Below, in pieces: positions 28,113 through 38,229 of a DNA stretch of 64,000 nucleotides; the first letter of the stretch is position 1, and each line of letters begins with the position of its first letter. Origin of the DNA: a virus; the IMG/VR virus record IMGVR_UViG_3300035670_000114, positions 1 to 64,000 of that record. One strand, written 5' to 3'. The notes under the pieces were generated by a model. That model was not told the DNA's origin and made no database searches. It saw only the letters and a list, made by a program, of their open reading frames with translations. Made by a program: the position numbers and the translations under genes.

Positions 28113-28544
28113 ATGTCCAACGAGAATCCCGTCTTCGGCTCCGCTCCAGCCACCGAACAGGCTCACGGCGTGCCATACGAACACCAGTCAATCTCGCCCG
28201 CCGACCTGTACCACAGACTCGGCAAGCTCGAAGGCCTGATGCAGGGCATGATGGGCAGCGTCGACTCCTTCGGGCAGGCGATCAAGGACATCCACGCACG
28301 CATCGACAGAGTCGAACAACGCCAGGGCATACTGGAAAAAAGCCAATCCCAGGAAGCCGGATCGGACTCCGTCTTGCGCTCCATTTCCAAGGACTACGTC
28401 ATCCCGATCGCAGCAATCGTCATCACCTGGTTCGCCGCCAAGTCAGGCACCGTGCCCTCCGAGCACCACCCGAACAAGAGGTCGCAATACATCCTCGAAA
28501 GCAGACCCACGGCGATCATCACAACCCGCTCCACCATCTCGTGA
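28113..28544 (+). CDS. putative holin/lysis membrane protein
   Basis: Coiled coil plus one TM (YVIPIAAIVITWF); overlaps endolysin start. Confidence 0.45.
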   Translation: MSNENPVFGSAPATEQAHGVPYEHQSISPADLYHRLGKLEGLMQGMMGSVDSFGQAIKDIHARIDRVEQRQGILEKSQSQEAGSDSVLRSISKDYVIPIAAIVITWFAAKSGTVPSEHHPNKRSQYILESRPTAIITTRSTIS

Positions 28545-29668
28545 ACCGCCAAACGATCTTCGATCTCGCCCAGCAAGCTGGCGCCAAGTTCCCTCAGCTC
28601 GTCGTAGCCCAATACATCCTCGAAAGCGGAGACGGCCAACACCTCAGCGGCAAATTCAACTACTTCGGCCTCAAGGGGCCTGGCACCCTCAAGACCACGG
28701 ACGAATACTACAACGGAGTCAGGACAACCATTAAGGACCGCTTCAAGGACTTCTCGTCCCCGCAGGAAGCCGTCAACTACCTCGTCGAACGCTGGTACAA
28801 AAACTGGAAAGGCTACTCCGGCGTCAACAGAGCAAAGGCCCCCGAAGAGGCCGCCAACCTCCTGTATTCGGAAGGATATGCTACTGACCCGAACTACGCC
28901 GCAAAGCTCATCAGGATCATGTCTCAGCTCCCCGCCCAGCAACCCGAGTACGCCAACATCCTGGATGCGGCCAAGAACTACGAAGGCAAGCCCTGGCAGG
29001 ACAAAGCCTTCTCCGACCTCGACGCCAGCCTGACCACCGAGCAGCGCAAGCTGTTCACCACCCTCTGGCGCCAGGGCCCACCCGCCACCGCCTCAAAACC
29101 CGCCGCCAGCAAGCCTTCTACCGGCAAGCCTTCGTTCCCACTCAAGGTCCCCTACTTCTACCAGCGCGACAGTAAGACGGGCCACGGCGAGCGCATGTGC
29201 TTCAGCAGCAGCATGGCGATGGCCATGGACTACCTCGACCCGTCGGCCATCGAGGGCGACGACGACTCCTATCTGCGCGTCGTCTTCCGCTACGGCGACA
29301 CCGTATCCTCCGATGCCCAGATCAAGGCCGCCAGGTCCCTGGGCTTCGACGCTCAGTTCCGCAACAACCTGACGCAGGCCGACCTCCTGTCCCAGCTCGA
29401 CAAAGGCATCCCGGTCCCCATCGGCGTGCTCCACAAGGGCAGCGTCAGCAACCCCACCGGCGGCGGCCACTGGATCTGCTTGACCGGCTACAACACTACC
29501 CACTTCTGGGTCTGCGACCCGTTCGGCGAAATGGACGTCGTCAACGGTGGCTACGTTCGCACCGGCAAGAATGACGGCAACCAGGTTCGCTACACACGCA
29601 AAAACCTGATGCGCCGCTGGCTGATTCAATCCAACAACGATGGCTGGGGGGTGATCTTCAAGAAATGA
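28541..29668 (+). CDS. endolysin: glucosaminidase (GH73-like) plus C39-like peptidase
   Basis: AQYILESG, NYFGLKG, GYATDPNY; YQRDS...CFSSS...GHW...DPFG. Confidence 0.85.
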   Translation: MNRQTIFDLAQQAGAKFPQLVVAQYILESGDGQHLSGKFNYFGLKGPGTLKTTDEYYNGVRTTIKDRFKDFSSPQEAVNYLVERWYKNWKGYSGVNRAKAPEEAANLLYSEGYATDPNYAAKLIRIMSQLPAQQPEYANILDAAKNYEGKPWQDKAFSDLDASLTTEQRKLFTTLWRQGPPATASKPAASKPSTGKPSFPLKVPYFYQRDSKTGHGERMCFSSSMAMAMDYLDPSAIEGDDDSYLRVVFRYGDTVSSDAQIKAARSLGFDAQFRNNLTQADLLSQLDKGIPVPIGVLHKGSVSNPTGGGHWICLTGYNTTHFWVCDPFGEMDVVNGGYVRTGKNDGNQVRYTRKNLMRRWLIQSNNDGWGVIFKK

Positions 29669-29886
29669 CACAAGTCATCCTCGATTATCTCCCGGGCTAC
29701 ATGTTCGACGGAGCCAGGGTCGTGTCAACCGGCTCTGCGCTACCCCCAACCCAACACATCAATCGCCGCAACGGCGAGATCATGTACTACGTCAGGCCTC
29801 TATTCGACGGCCAAACGAACGTCGGAATGTTCATCCGCCACAAGGGAATCGTCGACTCCATCAAGAACAGGCTATCTTCGACCTAG
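29665..29886 (+). CDS. hypothetical protein
   Basis: ATGA overlap; last rightward gene before convergence. Confidence 0.5.
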   Translation: MTQVILDYLPGYMFDGARVVSTGSALPPTQHINRRNGEIMYYVRPLFDGQTNVGMFIRHKGIVDSIKNRLSST

Positions 29887-30305
29887 CCGTTGCTGCCGTA
29901 GTAGCTCAGCCCCGGAATGTTGCTAACAAGGCCGCCGAGGTACTCATGCACGCTATCTGCCTGCCATCCACAGCGCAAGCATAGGCCATTGGCGATCTGA
30001 TTGAACGCGATGGTGTGATACCTGGTCCACATTCCGCGTTGAACGGCGTCGTCACAAACCTGGCTAGCCGAGCGCAGGAGCGCCAGCTCGGTCATCTCGT
30101 GATACTGCAGACGCATGGCGGTACTGTGCTCGTACCGACGCTTGTCGATCAACTTCAGCGCAAATCCAGAAACGTAAGCCATGGCCACCGTCAGGCCATT
30201 CGACAACCCGGCAACCAGGTTGGCGACCGCAGTGCCTGCAGACACGTTGGCGGCAATCAGGCCACCGCTGGCCGTCAGGATAACGCCAAAGAGCCAATTC
30301 TTCAC
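29883..30305 (-). CDS. hypothetical membrane protein
   Basis: Two hydrophobic segments; coupled to helicase stop. Confidence 0.5.
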   Translation of the reverse strand: MKNWLFGVILTASGGLIAANVSAGTAVANLVAGLSNGLTVAMAYVSGFALKLIDKRRYEHSTAMRLQYHEMTELALLRSASQVCDDAVQRGMWTRYHTIAFNQIANGLCLRCGWQADSVHEYLGGLVSNIPGLSYYGSNG

Positions 30306-32086
30306 GAAATCGTTCTCCGTGCTTTCAGGATCAAAGAATGCTGAAGGGTGTCGTCCGACTTTAGGCTGCAGGTCTTGTAGTCGATCTGCACCACAGACTT
30401 GTCGACCATGCCACCCTCAAGCATTGTAAGGCGATCATCGAGGCCGGAGGAGTGCCAGATAACCTGACCGTCCCGTGCCTTATTGTGCCAAACCTCGACC
30501 CTCTGGTTTGACGGTTCACCGACCACCTGCTTTTGCTTGCGCACCAACCACACGGCATGCGACACGTGGCTCAAGGCGTCGGTCCCCCTGATCTGGTCAG
30601 CGGTCGGCGGTGGCGGTGGTGCGTCCCCCCTGGTCCCGGCTTCGGCCTTCAGGCTTACCTGGTTCATCTGTGCAGCAACAAATAGATCAACTCCAAGCTC
30701 CTTGGCCGCGCCAGTCAACTTGTAGGCCCTCTCCTCAAGCATCGAGGCATCGTTCGACGGCGCACCCTTATGCCTGGCAAGGCAATGAAAGTGGTCAAGA
30801 ATCACCACCCGTAACTCAGGATTCTTCGCCTTCATCGACCGCATCGAGTTGATCGCCGCATCAACGCACGCGCCCCACGGCGCATCAACCAGTAACTTGC
30901 CGCCAATCGCCTGCAGCTCTCCGGCCAGCCTCCCCAGCAAGCTTGCAATTCCGGCCCTCCTCTCCTTCTCGGGATTCAACAACTCCACCACCGTGACGTA
31001 CCCAAGTCCCTCCTGACTTGCGGTCCAGTGGTATCCCTGCCTGCCGAAGATCTTCCTGGTCAACGACGCAAACAGCCTGGCCTCGACCGCCTTCAACCCC
31101 AGCTCCGCCGATATAAACCCAACCGTCAACCCACCGGCCGCCAGCGACGTGGCAATATGACACGCGCAAGCGGTCTTACCCGTCGAAGGCCGCGCCGCAA
31201 AGGTAAACAACCTCCCCTCTGCCGGCGCATTGATCTTCGGTCTACTGACGCCACCGCCAATATCCAGATCAATCGCGGGAAAGCCCGTCGACACTGGCCT
31301 CTCGATGTCTTCGGCAACCATGAGGCCGTCCACCCAGTTCTTCCTCTTGTTACCTGGCGACCCAATAATCGAGTCGATTGCGCTGATCGCATGCCCCTGC
31401 GATCCAATGGCGCCACGAATCATGCCGACGCCCTCCATCGCCCGATGTTGGAGGAACTCCAGCGCCCGCTCAAGTTTCTCCTCGGCCTTGATATTTTGCG
31501 CCGCAACGTGCAGCGTCTCCGCATACAAGGAGCGAACCCTGTATTGCTTCAGCACATCCAGCGCCGTAGCCCACTCCGAGTTGCCGTCGCCATAGGACTC
31601 CATCAGCATGGGATCCGACAACTCGTAGATCGCCTTGTTGAAGTCCAGCACCGACACAAATCGACTGCTGTCCGACCTCATCGAATAGCTAGCAATCAGT
31701 GACTCCCTGGAAATCAACTGGCTGACATTTTGCCCCACAAAAGTCAGATCAATTTCATGCGATATGGCCCGAAACCGATAATCCGACCACAGGCTCATGG
31801 GCACCGACTGCCCGTGCCCAACTCCAAACGCACTCCTGAGCTCAGCCCACAACTCACGCGCCATGCCCGACGGACATGTCAGCACTCTGCTGAGAACGAT
31901 TGCCTCCTGCTGGGTGGTGTCTTCTCGCTCGCGCACGCTCGTCGGCTGAAGCTTGTCGACGATCCGCGCAACCAGCACCGCCTGATCCAGGGCCTCGTGG
32001 TTACACGACGAAATGCGCCCATCCTTGACCTCAAGCAGGCCGAGCTCGGCGGCCCGCTGTATGTAGTGCGGCAGCTCAGCCTGCAT
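30302..32086 (-). CDS. DnaB-like replicative helicase
   Basis: Walker A AARPSTGKT, FISAEL, Walker B VVILDH, AAQMN. Confidence 0.85.
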   Translation of the reverse strand: MQAELPHYIQRAAELGLLEVKDGRISSCNHEALDQAVLVARIVDKLQPTSVREREDTTQQEAIVLSRVLTCPSGMARELWAELRSAFGVGHGQSVPMSLWSDYRFRAISHEIDLTFVGQNVSQLISRESLIASYSMRSDSSRFVSVLDFNKAIYELSDPMLMESYGDGNSEWATALDVLKQYRVRSLYAETLHVAAQNIKAEEKLERALEFLQHRAMEGVGMIRGAIGSQGHAISAIDSIIGSPGNKRKNWVDGLMVAEDIERPVSTGFPAIDLDIGGGVSRPKINAPAEGRLFTFAARPSTGKTACACHIATSLAAGGLTVGFISAELGLKAVEARLFASLTRKIFGRQGYHWTASQEGLGYVTVVELLNPEKERRAGIASLLGRLAGELQAIGGKLLVDAPWGACVDAAINSMRSMKAKNPELRVVILDHFHCLARHKGAPSNDASMLEERAYKLTGAAKELGVDLFVAAQMNQVSLKAEAGTRGDAPPPPPTADQIRGTDALSHVSHAVWLVRKQKQVVGEPSNQRVEVWHNKARDGQVIWHSSGLDDRLTMLEGGMVDKSVVQIDYKTCSLKSDDTLQHSLILKARRTIS

Positions 32087-33086
32087 ACCCGACCTCGTCT
32101 GCGAAGGTCCAGTTTATCACTCGCGACTCTTCGGGCTCAGGCGTGCCAGTTGGCCAACGGTCCAATCCGTACTTGAACCGGAACCGCGCCGGATCCAGTC
32201 CCGCCTCAACCAGATTGGTCTCTGTCCTGATCACGAATAGCTCCACGTCCCGGGTGATGGTCCCCTGCGACCAAGCCTGCTGGTAACTGTGCTGCGCATC
32301 CTCGTAGTCCGAGATCAGCTTCCTGACGGAGGGGTCGTACACGATGGTATCACTCCGATCCTCCTCCTTGGTCGGCTCGGCCGGGGAGTCGACGCCCGCG
32401 TTGAACAGGTTGTAGACGTTCGAGCGCTTGGTGTCGCTAGGCGTGCCAACCCCCGTGATGCTGTTCAGCGTCCTGCTTCTGTTCTGGTTGGACCAGAAGT
32501 CAGACGATTCCACGCCGGCCTTAATAACCGAGAAGAATTCCTCGTAGTCGTGCGCCTTGATACCAAGATCCTTCATGTGTATGTCGATTGCCCTCACCAA
32601 CTGCATGCTAATCCGCCTGATCTTGGCGTAATCCTTGGGCCTGTACTTATTCCAGGCATCAGTAGCCTCCTGCAGGTAGTCGCGCTTGGCCCTCTGCACA
32701 CCCAAGTCGCCACCAGTCTGCTCACCTTCGGTTACTGCGCTCTTGCACGCAATCATCTTGTCGTACTCCTCTTCCACCCTCGCCTTGTCCCTCTTGAGCT
32801 TGTCGATAATCGGCGCAGGATCAGCCAACATCGGATGAGAATCCGGCCCACTAATGAAGCCGAGCTGCCTTAGCTCATCCATGCACCTAATCCTCGTTGA
32901 GCGATGTACCCCAACACAGCGATCAACAAAGGTTATGCCTCTAGTCTTGAACCCAACGTGATTCAGCAACGCCAAATAAATCACCCTAGAGGTTGGGTGC
33001 AATTCCTGGCAAAACAGGATGGCAATTGGGCACTTCACGTATGGCGTGCTGTCCCAATCTGACTCCTTTGAAACAGTGAAAGTCAT
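32076..33086 (-). CDS. replication initiator (N-terminal HTH)
   Basis: LHPTSRVIYLAL...GVHRSTRIRCMDELRQLGFI; between iterons and helicase. Confidence 0.65.
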   Translation of the reverse strand: MTFTVSKESDWDSTPYVKCPIAILFCQELHPTSRVIYLALLNHVGFKTRGITFVDRCVGVHRSTRIRCMDELRQLGFISGPDSHPMLADPAPIIDKLKRDKARVEEEYDKMIACKSAVTEGEQTGGDLGVQRAKRDYLQEATDAWNKYRPKDYAKIRRISMQLVRAIDIHMKDLGIKAHDYEEFFSVIKAGVESSDFWSNQNRSRTLNSITGVGTPSDTKRSNVYNLFNAGVDSPAEPTKEEDRSDTIVYDPSVRKLISDYEDAQHSYQQAWSQGTITRDVELFVIRTETNLVEAGLDPARFRFKYGLDRWPTGTPEPEESRVINWTFADEVGYAG

Positions 33087-33161
33087 TAAACGCTTTTACA
33101 GAACAGGGGCGTATCCAGATCCTAGCACCGCCGAAATCAACCCGCCAGGCGGCTCGATCTG

Positions 33162-33360
33162 GTTGCATTTTGCAACCGAGCACGTTGCATTTTGCAACAG
33201 GCATCCGAAAAAACGGTATCACCACGGCACCAAAGCCTGGCAAGCGGTTGCATTTTGCAACTACACACGTTGCATTTTGCAACCAAGGACGTTGCATTTT
33301 GCAACCACACACGTTGCATTTTGCAACAGCACCCCCTGCCGACCTGTTGCATTTTGCAAC
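33162..33360. repeat. 7 x GTTGCATTTTGCAAC palindromic iterons; probable origin
   Basis: Starts at 33162, 33184, 33247, 33269, 33291, 33313, 33346. Confidence 0.9.
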
Positions 33361-33550
33361 GTGATTAAGAGATCTCTGCTTAGAAAGCAATCTCTAAAGG
33401 GTTTCTTCCTCTAAGGCTGTTCCCCTTGAATACCAAACCACTACTAAGACCTCCTTCTAACGCGGGCATGCGCTCCGCGCCTTCTTGTCGAGGTAGTTGA
33501 CCACACGGGGAAATCCGGCTAACCTTCAGACCGTGCCCCTTGCCCAGCCC

Positions 33551-33886
33551 ATGGATCAAGCCCCGGAGGTCGACGCCGGCTACGACGAGGTCGGCAGGAT
33601 CGTCGTCCCACCCGTGCTTGAGGGCATCAAGTCCCGCTCCTGGGCCTGCGAGCTGATCTCGCTAGCCGAACACGACCCCAACCAACTCGACGCATGGATC
33701 AAGCGCTACCGACGCGAAAACCGCGAGTCCCTGAAGGCCCAAGCACGCAAGCGCAAGCGCCGCGCCGCCAAGATCGAACGCCTCAAGGCCGAAGCCAACA
33801 AGCTCGTCGTCGAAGGACTACATCAAAACCTCGACTCCAGGGAACCACCAACCGCACGAAACCAACGGCCTGGATGCTCGACGTGA
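33551..33886 (+). CDS. hypothetical basic protein
   Basis: First rightward ORF after origin. Confidence 0.5.
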   Translation: MDQAPEVDAGYDEVGRIVVPPVLEGIKSRSWACELISLAEHDPNQLDAWIKRYRRENRESLKAQARKRKRRAAKIERLKAEANKLVVEGLHQNLDSREPPTARNQRPGCST

Positions 33887-34098
33887 CGGTGCCAAGTTGC
33901 CCAACCTTTGCGCCACTCGCCGTCGACGGCTCGCCCAACTACCGCGTTGCTGTTGCCCTCGACCGCAGCCCCGGCCCACTCGTCGGCGTGTGCTCCGAAG
34001 CCGGCCCCGAAGACTGCGCCGCCTGGGTCGCCGAGAATCCATCCTGGTTGCTCGACTTCGGACCCAGTCGCACCGCAAGGCACCAAACACACCGCTAA
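33874..34098 (+). CDS. hypothetical protein
   Basis: Fills gap; start uncertain. Confidence 0.35.
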   Translation: MLDVTVPSCPTFAPLAVDGSPNYRVAVALDRSPGPLVGVCSEAGPEDCAAWVAENPSWLLDFGPSRTARHQTHR

Positions 34099-34132
34099 GC
34101 TTCAGGGCGGAACCCGAAAGACACCCACCCCA

Positions 34133-34894
34133 ATGCCGGAAGCCATCCCAAACCTTGCAGGAGTCGCCACCAAGGGCCTGGTTGAGTCCATCGGCAGCGG
34201 AAGCTACAAGGCCGACTACATCAACTGGTCCCGCACCATGAACCTCCTGCGGGACTACGCCCCGGGCTGGATGGCCGAGGCGGTGCCCACGACCGACGGC
34301 GCCCTCGTCCACCCGTCCTCGGGTCCTGGCGGCTACCTGCTGATCCGCTTCCGCCACGTCGACGGCACCGTGACGCCATCCGTGCCCCAGGCGGTGATGG
34401 ACCACAAAAACAAGGCGATTGCCCTCGACAACATCACGGCCCGCGACATCACCGACACCCACCGTCGCGGCTGCTGCCTGGCTGCAGCCTTCACCTTCGG
34501 CCTGGCCTACGAACTCTGGGCCAAGATGCCCCTGGAGGCCGCCGCACCGCCGATCCCCTCCGAAGACGCCCCCGCCGACACCCAGCCCGCCACGCGCCCC
34601 ACCCGCCGCGCCGCAGCTTCTGCGTTGGCCACCCCGGCACCCGCCACCAGCGCCGAGTCGCAGGCCGCCCCGACCACCGAGCAGCCACCGGCAGATGAAG
34701 CGATTAGCGACAAACAGCGCTTCATGGAGGCCGCCATCGAGAAGGGCCTCACGACGCACGCCATCGAGAGCCTGATCAGTCGCATCGGCTCCGACTTCCT
34801 CGGCGGCATCGAGAAGCTCAAGGAGAAGGACGCCGCCTGGGTGCGCAGCTACAACGAAGCCAGCGACCCGGCCAACGACGCAAAAAAGTTCTAA
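34133..34894 (+). CDS. ssDNA-annealing protein (DUF1071/Sak3-like)
   Basis: YINWS, VMDHKN, RDITDTHRR...FGLAYELW. Confidence 0.75.
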   Translation: MPEAIPNLAGVATKGLVESIGSGSYKADYINWSRTMNLLRDYAPGWMAEAVPTTDGALVHPSSGPGGYLLIRFRHVDGTVTPSVPQAVMDHKNKAIALDNITARDITDTHRRGCCLAAAFTFGLAYELWAKMPLEAAAPPIPSEDAPADTQPATRPTRRAAASALATPAPATSAESQAAPTTEQPPADEAISDKQRFMEAAIEKGLTTHAIESLISRIGSDFLGGIEKLKEKDAAWVRSYNEASDPANDAKKF

Positions 34895-35016
34895 CCTCAG
34901 CGTTCCCCAGGCTCCCGGTTGTCGTCGACACGGAGCCTGGCCCGCCCTGCATCGACTCTGCTAGTATTGCCTTTGCTGCCGCCTTTGGTGGCGCCATTGT
35001 CCCTCCCGAGTAGTCG

Positions 35017-35853
35017 ATGCAGTCAAACCATCAGTCCGAGATCACCGCCTGGCTGAACGCCGCTGGTCGCTTCCCCTTGATCCCCCCGGAAGAGATCAAC
35101 CTGATCGCCAGGCGCATCCAGGCGATGCCTGAGTCTCGTGCCCGCCGCAGGCTGATCAACAAGCTCGTAAGCCACAACCTGCGTCTCGTGGTCAGGCTGA
35201 CCAAGACCTACATGCAGGGACACGGCCGCCACCGCTGGGGCAGCATCGAAACCCTCGACTTCCTACAGGTCGGCGTCATGGGCTTGATCCGAGCCGCCGA
35301 AAAGTTTGACCCGGCTCGCGGCTACACCTTCTCGACGTACGCGGCCCACTGGATTCGCTCCACCATAGGCCGTCACAACATCCGCACCATCACCCCCGTG
35401 TACGTGCCCGAATCCGCGTCACGACGGATGGTCTTCTTCGAGCGCAACGGACACATCAAGACCCGGGGCGGCAGCGGCCTGATGCCCGAGCGGCAGATCG
35501 ACCAACTGATCGACAACATCCGCCTGGCCTACAGTTGCGTCTCGACCGACTATCGCATTGACCCGCGCACGACCATCGGCGAGCTAATCCCCGACACCAA
35601 CACCTCCCACGGCACCAACGAGGTCTCCTACACCATCGAGGAGTCGCTTCGTGAGGCCGGCGTGGATCCAATCGGTTGCCAGATCCTGATCCGCAACTAC
35701 GTCATGAGCCAAAGCCTTCAGGTGATCGCCAAGGACCTCGACATGACCGTCGACCAGGTCAGGATCAAGAAGAAGAAAGCGATGAATGTCGCTCGCCGAC
35801 ACCCAGATGCCTTCCAGAACGCCTACACTGAGCTTGTACCAACAGCCCCATAG
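35017..35853 (+). CDS. RpoD-family sigma factor
   Basis: Region 1.2, NLRLVV, GLIRAAEKFDPARGYTFSTYA.HWIR, region 4 HTH. Confidence 0.92.
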   Translation: MQSNHQSEITAWLNAAGRFPLIPPEEINLIARRIQAMPESRARRRLINKLVSHNLRLVVRLTKTYMQGHGRHRWGSIETLDFLQVGVMGLIRAAEKFDPARGYTFSTYAAHWIRSTIGRHNIRTITPVYVPESASRRMVFFERNGHIKTRGGSGLMPERQIDQLIDNIRLAYSCVSTDYRIDPRTTIGELIPDTNTSHGTNEVSYTIEESLREAGVDPIGCQILIRNYVMSQSLQVIAKDLDMTVDQVRIKKKKAMNVARRHPDAFQNAYTELVPTAP

Positions 35854-35861
35854 GGGAACCG

Positions 35862-36215
35862 ATGGCCTCAATTTCAATCGCCGGCAAAGTCGTCTGCAAA
35901 GAAGGCACCGCACCGGTGGCACTCAAGACCTTCGACAACGGCGGCACGCTCGCCAAGTTCTCGGTGGTCGACAACGAATACTTCTACGTGAAGGAAGGCG
36001 ACGACCGCGCCGGCCAGTTCTACGAGGTCGAAGTCAACGGCAAGGCCGCCGAGATCTTCGCCGAACGACTCCTGCGTGGCGACCGCGTCGCGGTTCACGG
36101 CCAGCTCGTCCAGCGGGTCTACAACGACAAGACCTACCTGACCGTCAAGAACGCTCGCGTCACCTCCCTGGAGCCCCGACGCGACCAATCCGCTAATCAG
36201 GAAATCCCTTTCTGA
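35862..36215 (+). CDS. ssb: single-stranded DNA-binding protein
   Basis: OB-fold pattern (RGDRVAVHGQL), C-terminal EIPF. Confidence 0.88.
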   Translation: MASISIAGKVVCKEGTAPVALKTFDNGGTLAKFSVVDNEYFYVKEGDDRAGQFYEVEVNGKAAEIFAERLLRGDRVAVHGQLVQRVYNDKTYLTVKNARVTSLEPRRDQSANQEIPF

Positions 36216-36240
36216 CACGCGGTTTTATCGCTTTCGCCCC

Positions 36241-36264
36241 GGCCCCGGTCGGGGCCTTTTCTTT
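36241..36264 (+). terminator. intrinsic terminator
   Basis: GGCCCC-GGTC-GGGGCC-TTTTCTTT. Confidence 0.8.
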
Positions 36265-36304
36265 GGAGCCGTGCTACGCTTGACGGGTCACCACACGGCT
36301 AGTC

Positions 36305-36655
36305 ATGCCCGAGTCACCCGAACTGATCATCAACGAAGAGGCCTTGGCCCTCCTGAAAACCTGGAACGGAGCAAACCAGCTCGAAAACCAGGAAAAGCAC
36401 ACCGCACTGCAGGCCCTTGCCTACTGCCTTGGCCGCAACTACCGCGCCGCCGCCGAGGGAGCCAAGGACGGCGTCTTCACCTTGAGCTTCCGCGTCAAGT
36501 TTGACCGCAACGAGGTCCCGACTGCCATCAAGGCCGTCTCTCGCTGCTCAACCGTGTCGACGGCCGACATCGACCTCACCTGCCCCTTCCCCGACAACGA
36601 AGACGACGCCAGCTCCGAGGCCCAGGCCAACGAAGGCACCCCTTCGCTTTTCTGA
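36305..36655 (+). CDS. hypothetical protein
   Basis: Extended -10 upstream; typical codon usage. Confidence 0.55.
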   Translation: MPESPELIINEEALALLKTWNGANQLENQEKHTALQALAYCLGRNYRAAAEGAKDGVFTLSFRVKFDRNEVPTAIKAVSRCSTVSTADIDLTCPFPDNEDDASSEAQANEGTPSLF

Positions 36656-36722
36656 TCCACTAGCCACCGGGCGACGTCCAACCGGTGTCGCCCACCACTT
36701 ATTCATCCCCTAGATCAAAGCG

Positions 36723-37172
36723 ATGGAGCAAATCGACCCCTACGAGGTCGCCCCCAGTACCGTTGGCGCCCTCTTCGACGACGTGCCACGCCTGACCACG
36801 GCCCTCGTGCGACCGCACGTCATCGCCGGCCTGATTCACCGTGGCGCCATTCGCTATTCGGAAATACTGGCCTCCATCACCCCATACTGCAGTGTCGAAG
36901 ACCTGAAGGTCGGCAACTGGGATCCACTCGAAGGCGACTACTGCGACGACTGCACCCGTCTCGAAAGGCTGCTGGACGAGGTCCTCGGCGAATTCGTTGG
37001 CGCAGGACTGGTGCGCTACAACGAAGAGAAGGAACTCTGGGTCTTGACCGCCAAAGACATCCCCAAGGTCATCTCCTGGGTCTCAGTCCTTGGCGGCCGG
37101 ATGCCCGATCACTTCCTCCTCTACCTCAGCCAACAGCAGACACTGCGCTACAAGCAGAATGATCAAGCGTAG
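36723..37172 (+). CDS. hypothetical protein (possible winged helix)
   Basis: 149-aa ORF. Confidence 0.55.
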   Translation: MEQIDPYEVAPSTVGALFDDVPRLTTALVRPHVIAGLIHRGAIRYSEILASITPYCSVEDLKVGNWDPLEGDYCDDCTRLERLLDEVLGEFVGAGLVRYNEEKELWVLTAKDIPKVISWVSVLGGRMPDHFLLYLSQQQTLRYKQNDQA

Positions 37173-37398
37173 CCATGCCTCCAAGTCCACCAAACCAAGG
37201 GACCACGAACGGCTGGCCGCTCGACCGACGCCTGTTCGCATCTACGCACGCCACTCAAGCGTCGAGGTCTACCTTGGCTGCGGCTGGAAGAAGGGCAGCG
37301 TGATCTCAAGCGATCGGGACGGCTGCTCCGTCTGGCTCGGCTCGGAGCAGCGCATGACCCGCTGCTTCGACAACCGTAACATCCGTCCAGCCTCCTAA
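37159..37398 (+). CDS. hypothetical protein
   Basis: SH3/tudor-like short strand pattern. Confidence 0.45.
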   Translation: MIKRSHASKSTKPRDHERLAARPTPVRIYARHSSVEVYLGCGWKKGSVISSDRDGCSVWLGSEQRMTRCFDNRNIRPAS

Positions 37399-37443
37399 CG
37401 GCCAGCGCCAGCAATCTGCTAGACTCTATCCAAGCCTGCAACC

Positions 37444-37740
37444 ATGGAAGTATCACAAGCCAACAAATTTGTCGGCCAAGACGTGATCATTCGCGTCATT
37501 GCCGGAATCGACTACGTCAGGGACATCCGTTGTCAAATCGTTTCACGAGAAGGCCGCAATCTTTACATTGACATCCTCGGCATGAAGGACTATATCTGGC
37601 TACCGGACGTCATCAGCATCACCCCAGACCCGAACCCTCCTGTCGAGCAATGGGACGGCACCGACGTCGAGCCAACCTTCCGCTTCACGTCCAATGGCGG
37701 CTCCACCACGCCGACAACTCCTTCCAGCCAGCAAGCCTGA
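37444..37740 (+). CDS. hypothetical protein
   Basis: Extended -10 upstream. Confidence 0.5.
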   Translation: MEVSQANKFVGQDVIIRVIAGIDYVRDIRCQIVSREGRNLYIDILGMKDYIWLPDVISITPDPNPPVEQWDGTDVEPTFRFTSNGGSTTPTTPSSQQA

Positions 37741-37786
37741 AGCCCGGCCCACTTAGACTCTGTGGTCCGCCAATAGAGTCACGGCC

Positions 37787-38218
37787 TTGAGTCCCACGCA
37801 AGCCGATCCAACCTTTCCGGGCGAGTCCTATGAGCTGCGCGTGCGAATGCCGCTGTGGTCCAAGCAGCGACCGAGGTTTACCCGCGCTGGCCATGCCTAC
37901 AAGAACCCCGCCTACGACCAGGCCTTGAAGGACATGCGAAGCTCGCTGTCCGAGCTGTGGCCGTACCCGCCGATCGACTACCCCATATCGGTCCACCTCC
38001 ACCTTTGCGGCGAAGGCCGAGGCGACCTCGACAACATTGCTGGCTTCATCCTGGACGCCGCAGGCCCCGTCAGAGCCACCAAAAAGAAGGAGGCCCTCCC
38101 TGGCGTCTTGTGGGTCGACGACCGGGTGTCGATCATCAGCCACCTCTCGATTTCCTGGACAAAGGGCGAGAAGGCTGACTCCTGCTGGGATCTGCGAATC
38201 GTTAAACTGAGGCCCTGA
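37787..38218 (+). CDS. RusA-like Holliday junction resolvase
   Basis: SKQRPRF, GDLDN...ILDA, LWVDD. Confidence 0.8.
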   Translation: MSPTQADPTFPGESYELRVRMPLWSKQRPRFTRAGHAYKNPAYDQALKDMRSSLSELWPYPPIDYPISVHLHLCGEGRGDLDNIAGFILDAAGPVRATKKKEALPGVLWVDDRVSIISHLSISWTKGEKADSCWDLRIVKLRP

Positions 38219-38229
38219 GCTACGTCGCC

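Noticed and set aside
33162-33360. Repeat array as mini-CRISPR, or ORFs 33019..33414 / 33137..33352 as repeat proteins
   Set aside because: Repeats are 15 bp with 7-48 nt gaps, there are no cas genes, and the peptide repeats are simply translations of the iterons.
34882-34940. Second A AAA AAG at the end of the Sak3-like gene with a 9-bp hairpin downstream and a short open -1 frame
   Set aside because: The hairpin begins 18 nt downstream, too far for a typical stimulator; more likely a 3' stabilising or terminating stem.
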